Below, one piece after another: positions 19,453 to 29,341 of a DNA stretch of 64,000 bases; position 1 is the first letter of the stretch, and every line of letters begins with the position of its first letter. Under the pieces are notes generated by a model, which saw only the letters and a program-made list of their open reading frames with translations, searched no databases and was not told the origin of the DNA. The stretch comes from Candidatus Nanoarchaeia archaeon (GTDB lineage: Archaea; Nanobdellota; Nanobdellia; SCGC-AAA011-G17; GW2011-AR18). Where the stretch lies: NCBI GenBank assembly GCA_035289605.1, contig DATDWR010000017.1, positions 29,981 to 93,980 on the forward strand, read 5' to 3'. Made by a program: the position numbers and the translations under genes.

Positions 19453-20560
19453 ATTCCACTTCCAACATATTTACTATATTACTCCAAGTAAAACTTTGAA
19501 CTCTTTCATAGCCTAAACTTGAATATTTATCCCTTAATTTTTTATTTTTAATTAATAACTCTAACTTATTCTTCAAGTCCTTCAGATCATTATCCTTAAA
19601 AGTTAATCCTGCATTATCTATGACCCATGGCAAAGCACCAGCATAAGAGCTTAAAACACAAGCTTTTTGTGAAAATGCCTCAAGAACAACAATACCAAAA
19701 CCTTCATAATGACTTGGGAATAAAAACACATCACAAGACCTTAAGGCATTGAGCTTCATATCTTCTGGAATTTCGCCAATAAAAAAAACATTATCTGCTC
19801 CCAAATTCTCCTTTAATATTTTCAACTCGCTCATATAACCACCATCAACACCACCTATCAAGAATTTTATTTTAGGAAAATATTTTGAAACTTTTACAAT
19901 CAAATCCAAGCCCTTGCTCCTGTGGATCCTGCTTAAACTAAGAACAACAAAGTCCTTATACTTAATATTATATTTTTTCCTGAAATTTTTAGAATCTCTT
20001 AAAGTTAAATAATTTTCAGGAATCCCATTGGGAATAACTACAAACTTTTCTCTTGATAAATTGAACTTCTTGACAAACCAACCAGTTTCCAAATCTGTAA
20101 TCGATAATATTTTATTAAATCTATTCAAGAAAAATTTTCCAAAAAATAAGTCAAAAACAATTACAAATAAATCAGCTAATGAACTCCTCAAACCTTTAGG
20201 GTAATTAGGCCAATGAGGAGTTAGAAAACAAGGCTTTTCAGTAAAGAATAAACCTAAAAGATGAGGATGCCTGTAGTTATGAAAATGAAAAATGTCCGCA
20301 TCTGATTCTTTAATAGCTTTGAAGACTCCTGGAAAAAAAGAAGCAAAATCACCAAGATTAAACCAAGTCCTGAATCTCCTTATTTTTATACCTTCATAAA
20401 TTTCTTCTTTTAATTGTATTTTTTTATTTCTATTCCTATCAGAAGTAAAAACTTCGACTTGATGGCCTTTTTTTATTAGTTCTTTGGATAAGTAATAAAC
20501 ATGCCTTTCCAAGCCTCCCTCAACAGGATAGAATGAAGGAGTAATCATTATGATTTTCAT
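19424..20560 (-). CDS. Family 4 glycosyltransferase
   Basis: N-terminal 'MKIIMITPSFYPVEGGLERHV' and 'FPSHYEGFGIVVLEAFS' (GT4 signature). Confidence 0.85.
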   Translation of the reverse strand: MKIIMITPSFYPVEGGLERHVYYLSKELIKKGHQVEVFTSDRNRNKKIQLKEEIYEGIKIRRFRTWFNLGDFASFFPGVFKAIKESDADIFHFHNYRHPHLLGLFFTEKPCFLTPHWPNYPKGLRSSLADLFVIVFDLFFGKFFLNRFNKILSITDLETGWFVKKFNLSREKFVVIPNGIPENYLTLRDSKNFRKKYNIKYKDFVVLSLSRIHRSKGLDLIVKVSKYFPKIKFLIGGVDGGYMSELKILKENLGADNVFFIGEIPEDMKLNALRSCDVFLFPSHYEGFGIVVLEAFSQKACVLSSYAGALPWVIDNAGLTFKDNDLKDLKNKLELLIKNKKLRDKYSSLGYERVQSFTWSNIVNMLEVEYGRLVDKKV

Positions 20561-20591
20561 AAACTAAAGTACAAAGAAAAGATTAAAAACA

Positions 20592-21707
20592 TTATCGATA
20601 CAACTTTTCAAGATCCTTAGCGATATTCTCCCACAAAAACTCCTTAGATTTCTTAATATTATTCTTACTTATCTTAATTTTTAAACCCTTATTCTTAATC
20701 AACAATTTTAATTTACTCTCCAATTCATTCAAGTTTCCAAAATCAAACAAGAATCCATTAACATTTTCTTTCACTAAAAACTTACCACCCTCAGTTCTAG
20801 AAGAAACAACAGAATTGCCAAAAGCCATAGCTTCCAAAACAACAATACCAAAAGCCTCCCACCTGCTAGGAAAGAGAAAAATATCAGAACTCTTCAAAAC
20901 TTTATTCCTAACCATATCATTGCCGTGAAGAAAAATAATCCTATCTTCAATTTTAAGTTTTCTGGAGATATAAGAAAGTCTTTGCCTATCTTCTCCAAAG
21001 CCAAACACAATAAAGACAGCTTTCTTATTTAACTTAGGAAGAATTTTAATAACTTGGTCAATACCCTTATATTCCTGAAGTCTGCCAACAAAACTTAAAA
21101 CTATTTTATTTTTTAGATTATATTTTTTTACAATATCACTATTATCAACTTTATTGAACAAATCCTTTGAAATCCCATTCGGCAAATACCTAATATTATT
21201 TTCATTAAAGCCACAGTCAACAAGCCAATCTTTCTGAGAAGGATTAACCTGAACAACAACATCATATAATTTATTTATACTCATTTCTAGAAAACTAACA
21301 ATTTTCTTATAAAATCTAGCATGCAAACTATAATCATCCAAAGCCATGAATGGACCATGAGGAGTAATAACCAATTTCAATTTAGGATTGAATATTTTCT
21401 TCATTAAAATTATAAAATCATGCCACAAAAAACCAAAAGAATGAACATGAAGAACATCTAATTTGGTATTCAAAACCTGAAACAACATTCCAGGATAAAA
21501 AGCAGCGTAATAGCCAAACCTAAAAATTTCTCTTGATCTATGAACATGAATTCTATCAATAACCTCATAATGCTTAAACTCACTCTTGTGAGAAGTAAAA
21601 ACATGCACTTCATGCTTTTTTGCCAGTTCTTTTGCTAAGTAAAAACAATTATTCTCAGCACCGCCAACCCTAGGATAAAAGTAAGTTGTTATAAGTCCTA
21701 TTTTCAT
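20592..21707 (-). CDS. Family 4 glycosyltransferase
   Basis: I prefer the internal ATG at 21707 ('MKIGLITTYFYPRVGGAEN'), which avoids overlap with the divergent gene. 'FPSRWEAFGIVVLEAMA' supports the family call. Confidence 0.85.
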   Translation of the reverse strand: MKIGLITTYFYPRVGGAENNCFYLAKELAKKHEVHVFTSHKSEFKHYEVIDRIHVHRSREIFRFGYYAAFYPGMLFQVLNTKLDVLHVHSFGFLWHDFIILMKKIFNPKLKLVITPHGPFMALDDYSLHARFYKKIVSFLEMSINKLYDVVVQVNPSQKDWLVDCGFNENNIRYLPNGISKDLFNKVDNSDIVKKYNLKNKIVLSFVGRLQEYKGIDQVIKILPKLNKKAVFIVFGFGEDRQRLSYISRKLKIEDRIIFLHGNDMVRNKVLKSSDIFLFPSRWEAFGIVVLEAMAFGNSVVSSRTEGGKFLVKENVNGFLFDFGNLNELESKLKLLIKNKGLKIKISKNNIKKSKEFLWENIAKDLEKLYR

Positions 21708-21743
21708 AAAACAAATATTAAAGAAAAACTTAAATAGCTTTTT

Positions 21744-22454
21744 ATGACAACAGAAATAATGGAAAAGGTAAATGAATACATAATTCCATATCATTGGGCT
21801 TGGGAAGGATTTTACAAAGAATCATATGAGTGGCCTGTAAAAAAAATACTTCCTTACATAAACAAGACAGACAAAGTACTTGATGTAGGGTGCGGCGATG
21901 GAAAACTTACTTACTTTCTGGCACAAAAATCAAACAACGTTACAGGAGTAGACAACCAAGAATTACCTCTGCAATTTGCAAAACTAATATTCAGCAAACT
22001 TAAACTAAAGATAAAATTCAAAAAAGATGATGCAACAAAACTAGGCTTCAAAGATGAAAGCTTTGACAAAGTAACATGCTTTGACATGATAGAACACGTA
22101 CCTGTAGAAATGGCAAAAAAAGTTGTTGAAGAAATAAATAGGGTATTAAAAAAATACGGAATGTTAATACTAACAACCCCAAATAGAAAGGAACTCAGAG
22201 GAAGAATATTCGGCCACAAGATAATAGACAAGCACTACTATGAGTATGATATAAATGAATTAAAGCAAATGCTTGAACAACAAGGATTTACAAACATAAA
22301 ATTCAACGGATACTACCTCCCATTACCTATACCAAAAATAGAGCACTATGCAAACATCTTTCCGATAAGAGGAATTTTCAAATTCTTGATAAAAGCAGGA
22401 AATAATTTTCCTAATTTAGCCACAGGAATACTTGTAACAGCAACAAAGAAATAG
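21744..22454 (+). CDS. Class I SAM-dependent methyltransferase
   Basis: 'VLDVGCGDGKL', 'FDKVTCFDMIEHV' and 'LKKYGMLILTTP'. Confidence 0.8.
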   Translation: MTTEIMEKVNEYIIPYHWAWEGFYKESYEWPVKKILPYINKTDKVLDVGCGDGKLTYFLAQKSNNVTGVDNQELPLQFAKLIFSKLKLKIKFKKDDATKLGFKDESFDKVTCFDMIEHVPVEMAKKVVEEINRVLKKYGMLILTTPNRKELRGRIFGHKIIDKHYYEYDINELKQMLEQQGFTNIKFNGYYLPLPIPKIEHYANIFPIRGIFKFLIKAGNNFPNLATGILVTATKK

Positions 22455-22507
22455 ATTTATTCAACCCTTATGCCATTTGTTAATCTGCTATTTCCATGGA
22501 CAAAAAC

Positions 22508-23209
22508 TCATACTCCTTGTAACATAATCTGCTCAATAATTCTATCCATATTAACATGGTGGTGTGTTTTTATTTCCCCATGTTGGTCTGTAGGAGCAGC
22601 ATAAGCATAATTCCTTCCCGAATCATTATCAAATGAACAGCCATAAAGGTGTATTTCCGAAGCACTCATAATAGAAGCAATTTGCAAGGCACAACCACTT
22701 ACTGATCCTCCTCTAAAAATATTTTCTTGAGTTTTACTAACATTAATCTTTCCAGATTTAGTATAATCAAAATATAAGTGAGGTGGGCAGGGTATTAACT
22801 CTGGACGAAAACTTTCATAAACACAATCATTTGAAGAAATAGAATCTTCCATTAATGTAAAAATATAATGCAAAAGTTCTTCCTCGTCAATATAATCATT
22901 ATACAAAAAATCAGATAAATCTCTTTGCAGTCTTTCTCTATCATCTGGACTTGGAAAGCATAGCTTATCAAATGGAGATATATATGAACTTACTATTCTA
23001 GTTGTTGTATATGGAGAAGCATAAAACCAATCTCTTTTAGACCCTCTAATATCTGCACAAACAAAATATGTTGAAGCTACAACTTTAGCAGCGCCATTAA
23101 CAGCAATGCTTATTGGCTGCTCTCCTTTGAAAAGGCCCAATGTAGGGCTTGAACCTAATACTGCAACAGATATCCCAGCGTGTTTTCCACGAATACTATT
23201 AACCATCAA
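22508..23209 (-). CDS. Hypothetical protein, possibly DUF115/MptE-like or sialyltransferase-like
   Basis: 'VAVLGSSPTL ... IAVNGAAK' and 'IHLYGCSFD' loosely resemble the GxGPSL and C-terminal motifs of DUF115/Cst-type proteins. Weak, from memory. Confidence 0.35.
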   Translation of the reverse strand: MMVNSIRGKHAGISVAVLGSSPTLGLFKGEQPISIAVNGAAKVVASTYFVCADIRGSKRDWFYASPYTTTRIVSSYISPFDKLCFPSPDDRERLQRDLSDFLYNDYIDEEELLHYIFTLMEDSISSNDCVYESFRPELIPCPPHLYFDYTKSGKINVSKTQENIFRGGSVSGCALQIASIMSASEIHLYGCSFDNDSGRNYAYAAPTDQHGEIKTHHHVNMDRIIEQIMLQGV

Positions 23210-23241
23210 GAATGATTAAAAATAAAAATTTATAAACGCTT

Positions 23242-24885
23242 CTAAAACAATAGATCTATCAAAGTTTTTTTATCTAAAGTATTTATAGGAATGTTTTTCA
23301 ATACTATATAACCATCAATAAAATAAATATCATTTTCACTAGATTTGTATGAAATATTCTTAGATTTGACAGAATAACTTTTAACAGGAAGAGTAGTTTT
23401 CACTCTAAGACTCATATTTATTTTTCTGTAATTCCACTTAAAAGAGCCAACATTCTTCAGCAAAATAGAATCTTTTGAACATTCAACCTTAATATTTTCT
23501 CTTAAATCGAAATACTGCGTTAATTCTGAAAATGTTGTGAACCACAAATCATTTGAATAATTGTCATGAAGCCACTTCATCTGGTTCATATGCTTCTTAG
23601 AATTATAGCCAAAAGCGTTGAAAAGCTTAAGTTTGCTTAGAACTGAAAAGAAAAAATTCTTAGAGATAATATAAATTACAAGTGCTGAAATACCTAAAAT
23701 CAAAATAATTAATAATAGCAATGGAGAGATCAGATAAACCAATATCAAAATAAGAACTGTTAATAAACCATTAAACAACAAAAATTTGTGATCTTTAAAC
23801 CTAAGCTTAGAAAAGTTAGTAAAGCCAAGCTCCTCAATAAAGGACTTATACGACTGAAGAATAGAACCTCCGCCCAAAGCATCAAGCCAGTTCATCTGAG
23901 CATGCATAAAATAATACAAAACAGGATAATTAAAAGAAGAACTTTTTCTAATAATATCTTTGACTCTTTTCCTAAAATTTAGTGTAGTGCCTTCCAAAGA
24001 AACAGAATAAGGAACAACAACAAGCTTAGAATCTTTATCCTTAATATTAAAAGGGTTGTTATCAACAAAGTGTTTGTCAATTTTCCAATAGCTTACATCG
24101 CCGACCCTAAATTTCTTATGTTCTATACCATCAATCAACACTCCCTCAGGCTCTATAAAACTTCCAACTTCTTTTTTATATGATTTAATTCCTTCAGAAG
24201 TATCCTTAACACCTGTCAATTTATTAAAATTGCAATCAGAAACATCAAGCCAAAAACCAAGGCCATAAATACCAAACTTGTTAAACAATAAAGGAGCATC
24301 AGGTCTTCCCCTTCCAAAAGGATAAGTATTCCAGACAAGACAATCATGCTTCCAAGCGTAATTAAAAGCCTTCTGCAGATTTTTAAAAATATCTAGAACA
24401 AATTTAGGATCATCGTAAGGACTTCCTCTGCTAAACAAAACACTATTCTTATGCCAGTACGGAAAATAATTATCTACACCAATCTCATGATAATAGCCAT
24501 GAGCAACATATTCATCATAATGCTTATTGCCGTAACGAAAAATAGGATGCATAACCTCCTTAATCCATTTTCTTCCTTCCTTTGAATACCATGCAAGCTC
24601 GGAAGGATCTACACCTTCTGGTTGAGTATATTTTATTGCATTAAGAAAAGATGTGTGACAAGGGACCCAGCCCATAGAATACTTTATCCAAGGAAGCTTG
24701 TCGAGGATAGGCTTCCAATACAAAGACCAGAAATCATTTCCAGATCTATACCAATAAAAAGTGTCCCACTTCTTTTTACTAGGACCATAATCATGACTGC
24801 CTCCAATTGGAAACTCATCAACACCTATAGCAAAAGCTACTTTCTTATTATCATACCACTTTGTAAGCGAAGCTTCCTGGATCAT
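23242..24885 (-). CDS. Hypothetical membrane-associated protein (glycan island)
   Basis: 547 aa with a central double TM ('LLTVLILILVYLISPLLLLIILILGISALVIYII'). 4-nt overlap with the upstream gene. Confidence 0.5.
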   Translation of the reverse strand: MIQEASLTKWYDNKKVAFAIGVDEFPIGGSHDYGPSKKKWDTFYWYRSGNDFWSLYWKPILDKLPWIKYSMGWVPCHTSFLNAIKYTQPEGVDPSELAWYSKEGRKWIKEVMHPIFRYGNKHYDEYVAHGYYHEIGVDNYFPYWHKNSVLFSRGSPYDDPKFVLDIFKNLQKAFNYAWKHDCLVWNTYPFGRGRPDAPLLFNKFGIYGLGFWLDVSDCNFNKLTGVKDTSEGIKSYKKEVGSFIEPEGVLIDGIEHKKFRVGDVSYWKIDKHFVDNNPFNIKDKDSKLVVVPYSVSLEGTTLNFRKRVKDIIRKSSSFNYPVLYYFMHAQMNWLDALGGGSILQSYKSFIEELGFTNFSKLRFKDHKFLLFNGLLTVLILILVYLISPLLLLIILILGISALVIYIISKNFFFSVLSKLKLFNAFGYNSKKHMNQMKWLHDNYSNDLWFTTFSELTQYFDLRENIKVECSKDSILLKNVGSFKWNYRKINMSLRVKTTLPVKSYSVKSKNISYKSSENDIYFIDGYIVLKNIPINTLDKKTLIDLLF

Positions 24886-25892
24886 TTTCTTAGCACATAT
24901 GTGTAATGAATAGGTATTAAAGGACTACCGTTACTAAAAATCTTAGAAATAAAAGCATATCTCTTATACAAGCTAAAAACATTGCAGGACTTTACAAGCT
25001 TGACTTTCTTGAATCCTATCTTATCAAATAAAGAAGTATAATAATTGTCAGAAAACAAATAAAATTCCCTTGTAAATGCATTCTTCTTATTGCCGTGAGA
25101 ATTATTATGAAGAAAATGCTTCACTGGGTTTTTTATAAAGCCTACAAAATCTAATGAAATGCAGTTAAAATATTTTGAATATGAAGTAGGAGAAATAAAA
25201 TAAGCAACATACCATGCAGGAGAAGGAACTGAAACTATCATGAAACCTCCTTTTCTTAGTAGCCTGTAAGCTTCTCCCAAATAATTTTCTTGATTATCAA
25301 CATGCTGAAGAACAAAATTTGAAAGAGCAACATCAAATAAATTATTACCTAAAGGAACTTTTTCTGCAGAAGCAAAGAAATTAACAGGAGAATAATACTT
25401 ATCATATAATCTAATGTCAAATGAAACTATATCCTTCTCTTTATTCGTAAAGCTAAGAAACCTGTTATCGCCTGAGCCCATATCTATAATATTCTTTTTA
25501 TATCCAAGCTCATTAAGTACTTCATTAATAATACCATAAACAAAAGTTGCAGCTATGGGAAAATCCTTGAATTTTGTCACATGTCCATTATAAGGCTTTA
25601 CAATTTTTATTTTCTTTCCTTTAAATTTTTTTCCAACAGCCTTTCTCAAATCAGGCACTAAAATCTCTTTACCACTGAAAACCAATTTATGCAATGCGAA
25701 ACAATAATCACAGTTTCTGCACTTTAGAAAATAATATTTATTATAAAACAACCCAACTTTTCCAGAGCAATTGCTGCAATAAAAATTTTCAAGAAGCTGC
25801 TTTGAAAACGAGAAATAGACCATAAAACTGCTTACCACAATAATATTTATAAATATAGCGCTTATTTTCCGGAAATATGGGAGACTTTTCAT
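24882..25892 (-). CDS. Membrane-anchored zinc-ribbon plus SAM methyltransferase
   Basis: N-terminal TM, 'CSNCSGK...CRNCDYC' (4-Cys ribbon), then 'IIDMGSGDNRF' and 'LLRKGGFMIVSVP'. Confidence 0.7.
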   Translation of the reverse strand: MKSLPYFRKISAIFINIIVVSSFMVYFSFSKQLLENFYCSNCSGKVGLFYNKYYFLKCRNCDYCFALHKLVFSGKEILVPDLRKAVGKKFKGKKIKIVKPYNGHVTKFKDFPIAATFVYGIINEVLNELGYKKNIIDMGSGDNRFLSFTNKEKDIVSFDIRLYDKYYSPVNFFASAEKVPLGNNLFDVALSNFVLQHVDNQENYLGEAYRLLRKGGFMIVSVPSPAWYVAYFISPTSYSKYFNCISLDFVGFIKNPVKHFLHNNSHGNKKNAFTREFYLFSDNYYTSLFDKIGFKKVKLVKSCNVFSLYKRYAFISKIFSNGSPLIPIHYTYVLRK

Positions 25893-26554
25893 TCAATAAC
25901 CAGAAGTACAGCGGAGAAAGAGCAATCAATGAGAGCGAAGACTTCAAGGCAAGAATGAATGCCATTGTTAGAATGTGCGGACAGAACAAAAAGCTCCTGG
26001 ACATAGGCTGCTTTACAGGATACCTTATTAAGAAACTTAAACAGAAAAACAATGAAGTTTACGGAGTAGACATATCACAAAAAGCTGTTGATGCCGCGAG
26101 GAAAAAAGGACTAAACTGCTTTCAAGGAGATGTGGACAAGGGGCTGGAATTCAAAGATAAAAACTTCGACACAATAGTAATGGGAGAAATAATAGAACAC
26201 ATATTCGATACAGACAAGGTAGTGAGAGAAATAAAAAGAATGCTAAAAGACAAAGGACACTTAGTAATCACCACACCGAACATAGCATCACTAAACAGAA
26301 GAATAAGATTATTGCTCGGAAAAAATCCATACATAGACATAGGAACTTTAAACGATAACAACAAAACAACAGCCTCAGGACATATAAGATACTTCACATT
26401 TGACACTTTGAAAATTCTTCTTGAAAGAAATGGATTCAAAGTTGTAGAAAAAACATCAGATGTCTTTCTACTAAAATCATTAAGATCATACAAGCTTGCA
26501 AAGTTATTTCCAACATTCGGCTGGTCAATAATAATGAAAGCACAGAAATTATAG
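25877..26554 (+). CDS. Class I SAM-dependent methyltransferase
   Basis: 'LLDIGCFTGY', 'FDTIVMGEIIEHI' and 'LKDKGHLVITTPN'. Confidence 0.8.
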   Translation: MGDFSFNNQKYSGERAINESEDFKARMNAIVRMCGQNKKLLDIGCFTGYLIKKLKQKNNEVYGVDISQKAVDAARKKGLNCFQGDVDKGLEFKDKNFDTIVMGEIIEHIFDTDKVVREIKRMLKDKGHLVITTPNIASLNRRIRLLLGKNPYIDIGTLNDNNKTTASGHIRYFTFDTLKILLERNGFKVVEKTSDVFLLKSLRSYKLAKLFPTFGWSIIMKAQKL

Positions 26555-27493
26555 AACACCCTTGACAGCATTTCTAAATCTTGACAGACTATTTTCCATA
26601 GTAAAATTTTTAGCAATCAATCTTGCTTTTCTTGAAAGCATATTCAATTTCTTTTTGTTATTCCATAAACTCCTTATTACATCAACTGCTCCATCAACAC
26701 TTGGAACAACAAGCATGCTATCTATTTCTTTTACAACACTCTTTATCCCAACTTTATCAGAAACAACAGGAACCAAGCCCTGAGCCATAGCCTCAAGAAC
26801 AGCAATGTTTGCAGCCTCAAATCTTGCAAGACTTAGATAAACAGAGCCATTAGAAAAATACTTAAAAACCTCATTAGTAGGCTGCACCCTTACAATCATA
26901 TCATTATTCGGAGGATTATAATCCCCACCTATACCTATAAGATAAAGCTTTGTATCTAAAAATTTCTTTCTAAGCTTTTCAGCAGCCATAACATTAAGAT
27001 TAGCCCCCTTAGTCCTGCACACCCTTCCGGCATACATAATAATATGGGAAGACAAACTGCACTTCTGAGAATTAAATACATTATCATAAAAAGGTGGGAC
27101 AATAACAACTTTATCTTTGAACCTTTCAGGAACAAAAGAAGCCATAAATTCTGTAGAACAAATAAGAAGGTCATATTTTCCAATTATAAAATTGTAAAAA
27201 TAAGAAATTCTTGAGTCTTTAATAAAAAACAGCTTAGGATCAGACACTATAAGGCATAGTTTACTAGACTTACTGAACAATTTAACAAAATAACCTGTAA
27301 GCATCTGGGAACCACCCTCACAAATAGCAATATCATACTTTTTCATAAACAAAGCTGTCTTCAGGCTTTTGAAAAAACGAGACAAGAACGGAAAGGAAAA
27401 CCTCACTTTATCATTAACAAAATCGGCATTTATACTATTTGCCCAGGCGGCATGAAGCCTGTGAGGTGCATTGTAAATAAAGACTGCTTTCAT
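26549..27493 (-). CDS. Family 4-like glycosyltransferase
   Basis: C-terminal half 'LSLARFEAANIAVLEAMAQGLVPVV' matches the GT4 E-x7-E region. Confidence 0.7.
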   Translation of the reverse strand: MKAVFIYNAPHRLHAAWANSINADFVNDKVRFSFPFLSRFFKSLKTALFMKKYDIAICEGGSQMLTGYFVKLFSKSSKLCLIVSDPKLFFIKDSRISYFYNFIIGKYDLLICSTEFMASFVPERFKDKVVIVPPFYDNVFNSQKCSLSSHIIMYAGRVCRTKGANLNVMAAEKLRKKFLDTKLYLIGIGGDYNPPNNDMIVRVQPTNEVFKYFSNGSVYLSLARFEAANIAVLEAMAQGLVPVVSDKVGIKSVVKEIDSMLVVPSVDGAVDVIRSLWNNKKKLNMLSRKARLIAKNFTMENSLSRFRNAVKGVL

Positions 27494-27547
27494 AAAAATT
27501 ATAGTGCTCCAAAACCTATTTAAAAGGAACGCTTTTAAGCAAGAAAC

Positions 27548-29071
27548 ATGGCAGACAAGGTATTTATTCTAGGAATCGACGGAGGAACTTTTAGAGTAAT
27601 AGACGAACTAATAAAACAAGACAAGCTACCAAACTTCAAAAAAATAAAAGAAAACGGAAGCTCTGGAATACTAAACTCATGCATACCCCCTACAACTGAT
27701 CCTGCATGGCAAGTACTATTTACTGGAAAAAACCCTGGAAATGTCGGCTTTTACTTCAATGCAACATATCTTGGAGATGAAGAATACCAAAAAAGGCTTG
27801 TAACAAAAGTAGAAACAGAAACAATATGGTCAATACTATCAAAAAACAACAGAACAGTCGGAGTGTATAATATACCATTCACTTATCCTGCAGAGAAGGT
27901 AAACGGATTCATGGTCTCTGGATTGTTTTCTCCAGGTTTTGAAAGACTAACATACCCTGAAGAACTAAAAAAAGAGCTTGGAGAAGACTACTGCATAAGC
28001 ATACCTGACTTTCAGTATTTAACTAAAGAAGAACAGATTAAAAGAAGCATAGAAGAAATAAATAAAAAATTCAACACAGGAATAAAACTTTATAAAAAAT
28101 ACAAACCTGAATTCTTCATGATGGTAATAGCAGAAGTGGACACAGTACAGCATTTTTTTTGGGAAGGGAAAAAAATAAACAAAACAATAGAAGAGTGTTA
28201 TTTATTGCTTGACAAATACCTTGGAGAGATACTTGAAGCAATAAATGAAGAAACAACCTTATTTATTGCAAGCGACCATGGATTCTGCAAGGCAAAATAT
28301 GATATACTACTTAACAGCGTAATGCTTAACAAAGGATACATAAAACTAAAAAATGAAGAACAGAAAACAGAAAAATTCAAGAACAAAATCGCAAAATTCC
28401 TAGATAAATTCGGGCTGAGAAAAACAATATCAAGAATAATAAGCAAAAATCTAGGACAAGTGTTCACAACAGGCTTTGACAAGATAGACTGGCCCAATAC
28501 AAAAGCATTCTCTTATGGCGTGGGAGGAATATACATAAACCTAAAAGGAAGAGAACCAAAAGGATGCGTGAAAAAAGAAGAATATGAAAAAACTTTGAAT
28601 GAAGTAGAAAAAGAGCTACTAGAATTAATAGATCCAGAAACACAAGAAAAAATAATCAAGAAAATTTATAGAAAGAACACAATATACAAAGGCAAAGCAA
28701 CAGAAAGAATGCCAGACCTTATATTAATACCAAATGAGAAATACGTATTCAGGGACTACTTCGGTACTGAATGGAAAAAAGAGTCAGTATTTTCAGGAAA
28801 CCATGAGCCTGAAGGAATATTCCTTGCCTGCGGTAAAGACATAAAAAAAGGACACAAAGTGAACTGTGACCTTGTTGACATAACACCGACAGCACTTCAT
28901 ATACTAAACAAAAACATACCGCTTGATATAGACGGAAAAATTGTGAAAGACATATTCAAAACACAATCGAAACATTACAAAAAGAAGACTAAAAAGCAAA
29001 CAGAGAAAGAGTATAAAACACAGAAAGAAAAAAATCTTATAAGTAATTTAATAAAAGACCTAAAAGTGTAA
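27548..29071 (+). CDS. Alkaline-phosphatase-superfamily enzyme (type I phosphodiesterase/nucleotide pyrophosphatase-like)
   Basis: 'FILGIDGGTF', 'FIASDHGF' and 'GNHEPEGIF' are metal-ligand motifs of the AP superfamily. Confidence 0.75.
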   Translation: MADKVFILGIDGGTFRVIDELIKQDKLPNFKKIKENGSSGILNSCIPPTTDPAWQVLFTGKNPGNVGFYFNATYLGDEEYQKRLVTKVETETIWSILSKNNRTVGVYNIPFTYPAEKVNGFMVSGLFSPGFERLTYPEELKKELGEDYCISIPDFQYLTKEEQIKRSIEEINKKFNTGIKLYKKYKPEFFMMVIAEVDTVQHFFWEGKKINKTIEECYLLLDKYLGEILEAINEETTLFIASDHGFCKAKYDILLNSVMLNKGYIKLKNEEQKTEKFKNKIAKFLDKFGLRKTISRIISKNLGQVFTTGFDKIDWPNTKAFSYGVGGIYINLKGREPKGCVKKEEYEKTLNEVEKELLELIDPETQEKIIKKIYRKNTIYKGKATERMPDLILIPNEKYVFRDYFGTEWKKESVFSGNHEPEGIFLACGKDIKKGHKVNCDLVDITPTALHILNKNIPLDIDGKIVKDIFKTQSKHYKKKTKKQTEKEYKTQKEKNLISNLIKDLKV

Positions 29072-29113
29072 AACATACAAAAGTTTTTTAAATTAACCAT
29101 TATTCCAAAGTTT

Positions 29114-29341
29114 ATGACAAATCAAGATAAAAATGTTCAGATAAACATACCAAAAGATCTTGCTGAACAAATACAGAAAAAAATTGAAGGAACAGAATTT
29201 GACTCAGTTTCAAACTACGTAACTTACGTTATGAAGCAAGTTCTAAAAGCTAACCAAGACAAAACGAAAGAAAAAAAAGAACTCACCAAAGAAGAAGAGG
29301 ATAAGATAAAAAAGAACCTTCACTCAATGGGCTATTTATGA
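29114..29341 (+). CDS. Ribbon-helix-helix (CopG-like) protein
   Basis: 'VQINIPKDLAEQIQKKI...DSVSNYVTYVMKQVL' fits a beta-strand/helix/helix RHH pattern. ATGA overlap with the downstream gene. Confidence 0.45.
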   Translation: MTNQDKNVQINIPKDLAEQIQKKIEGTEFDSVSNYVTYVMKQVLKANQDKTKEKKELTKEEEDKIKKNLHSMGYL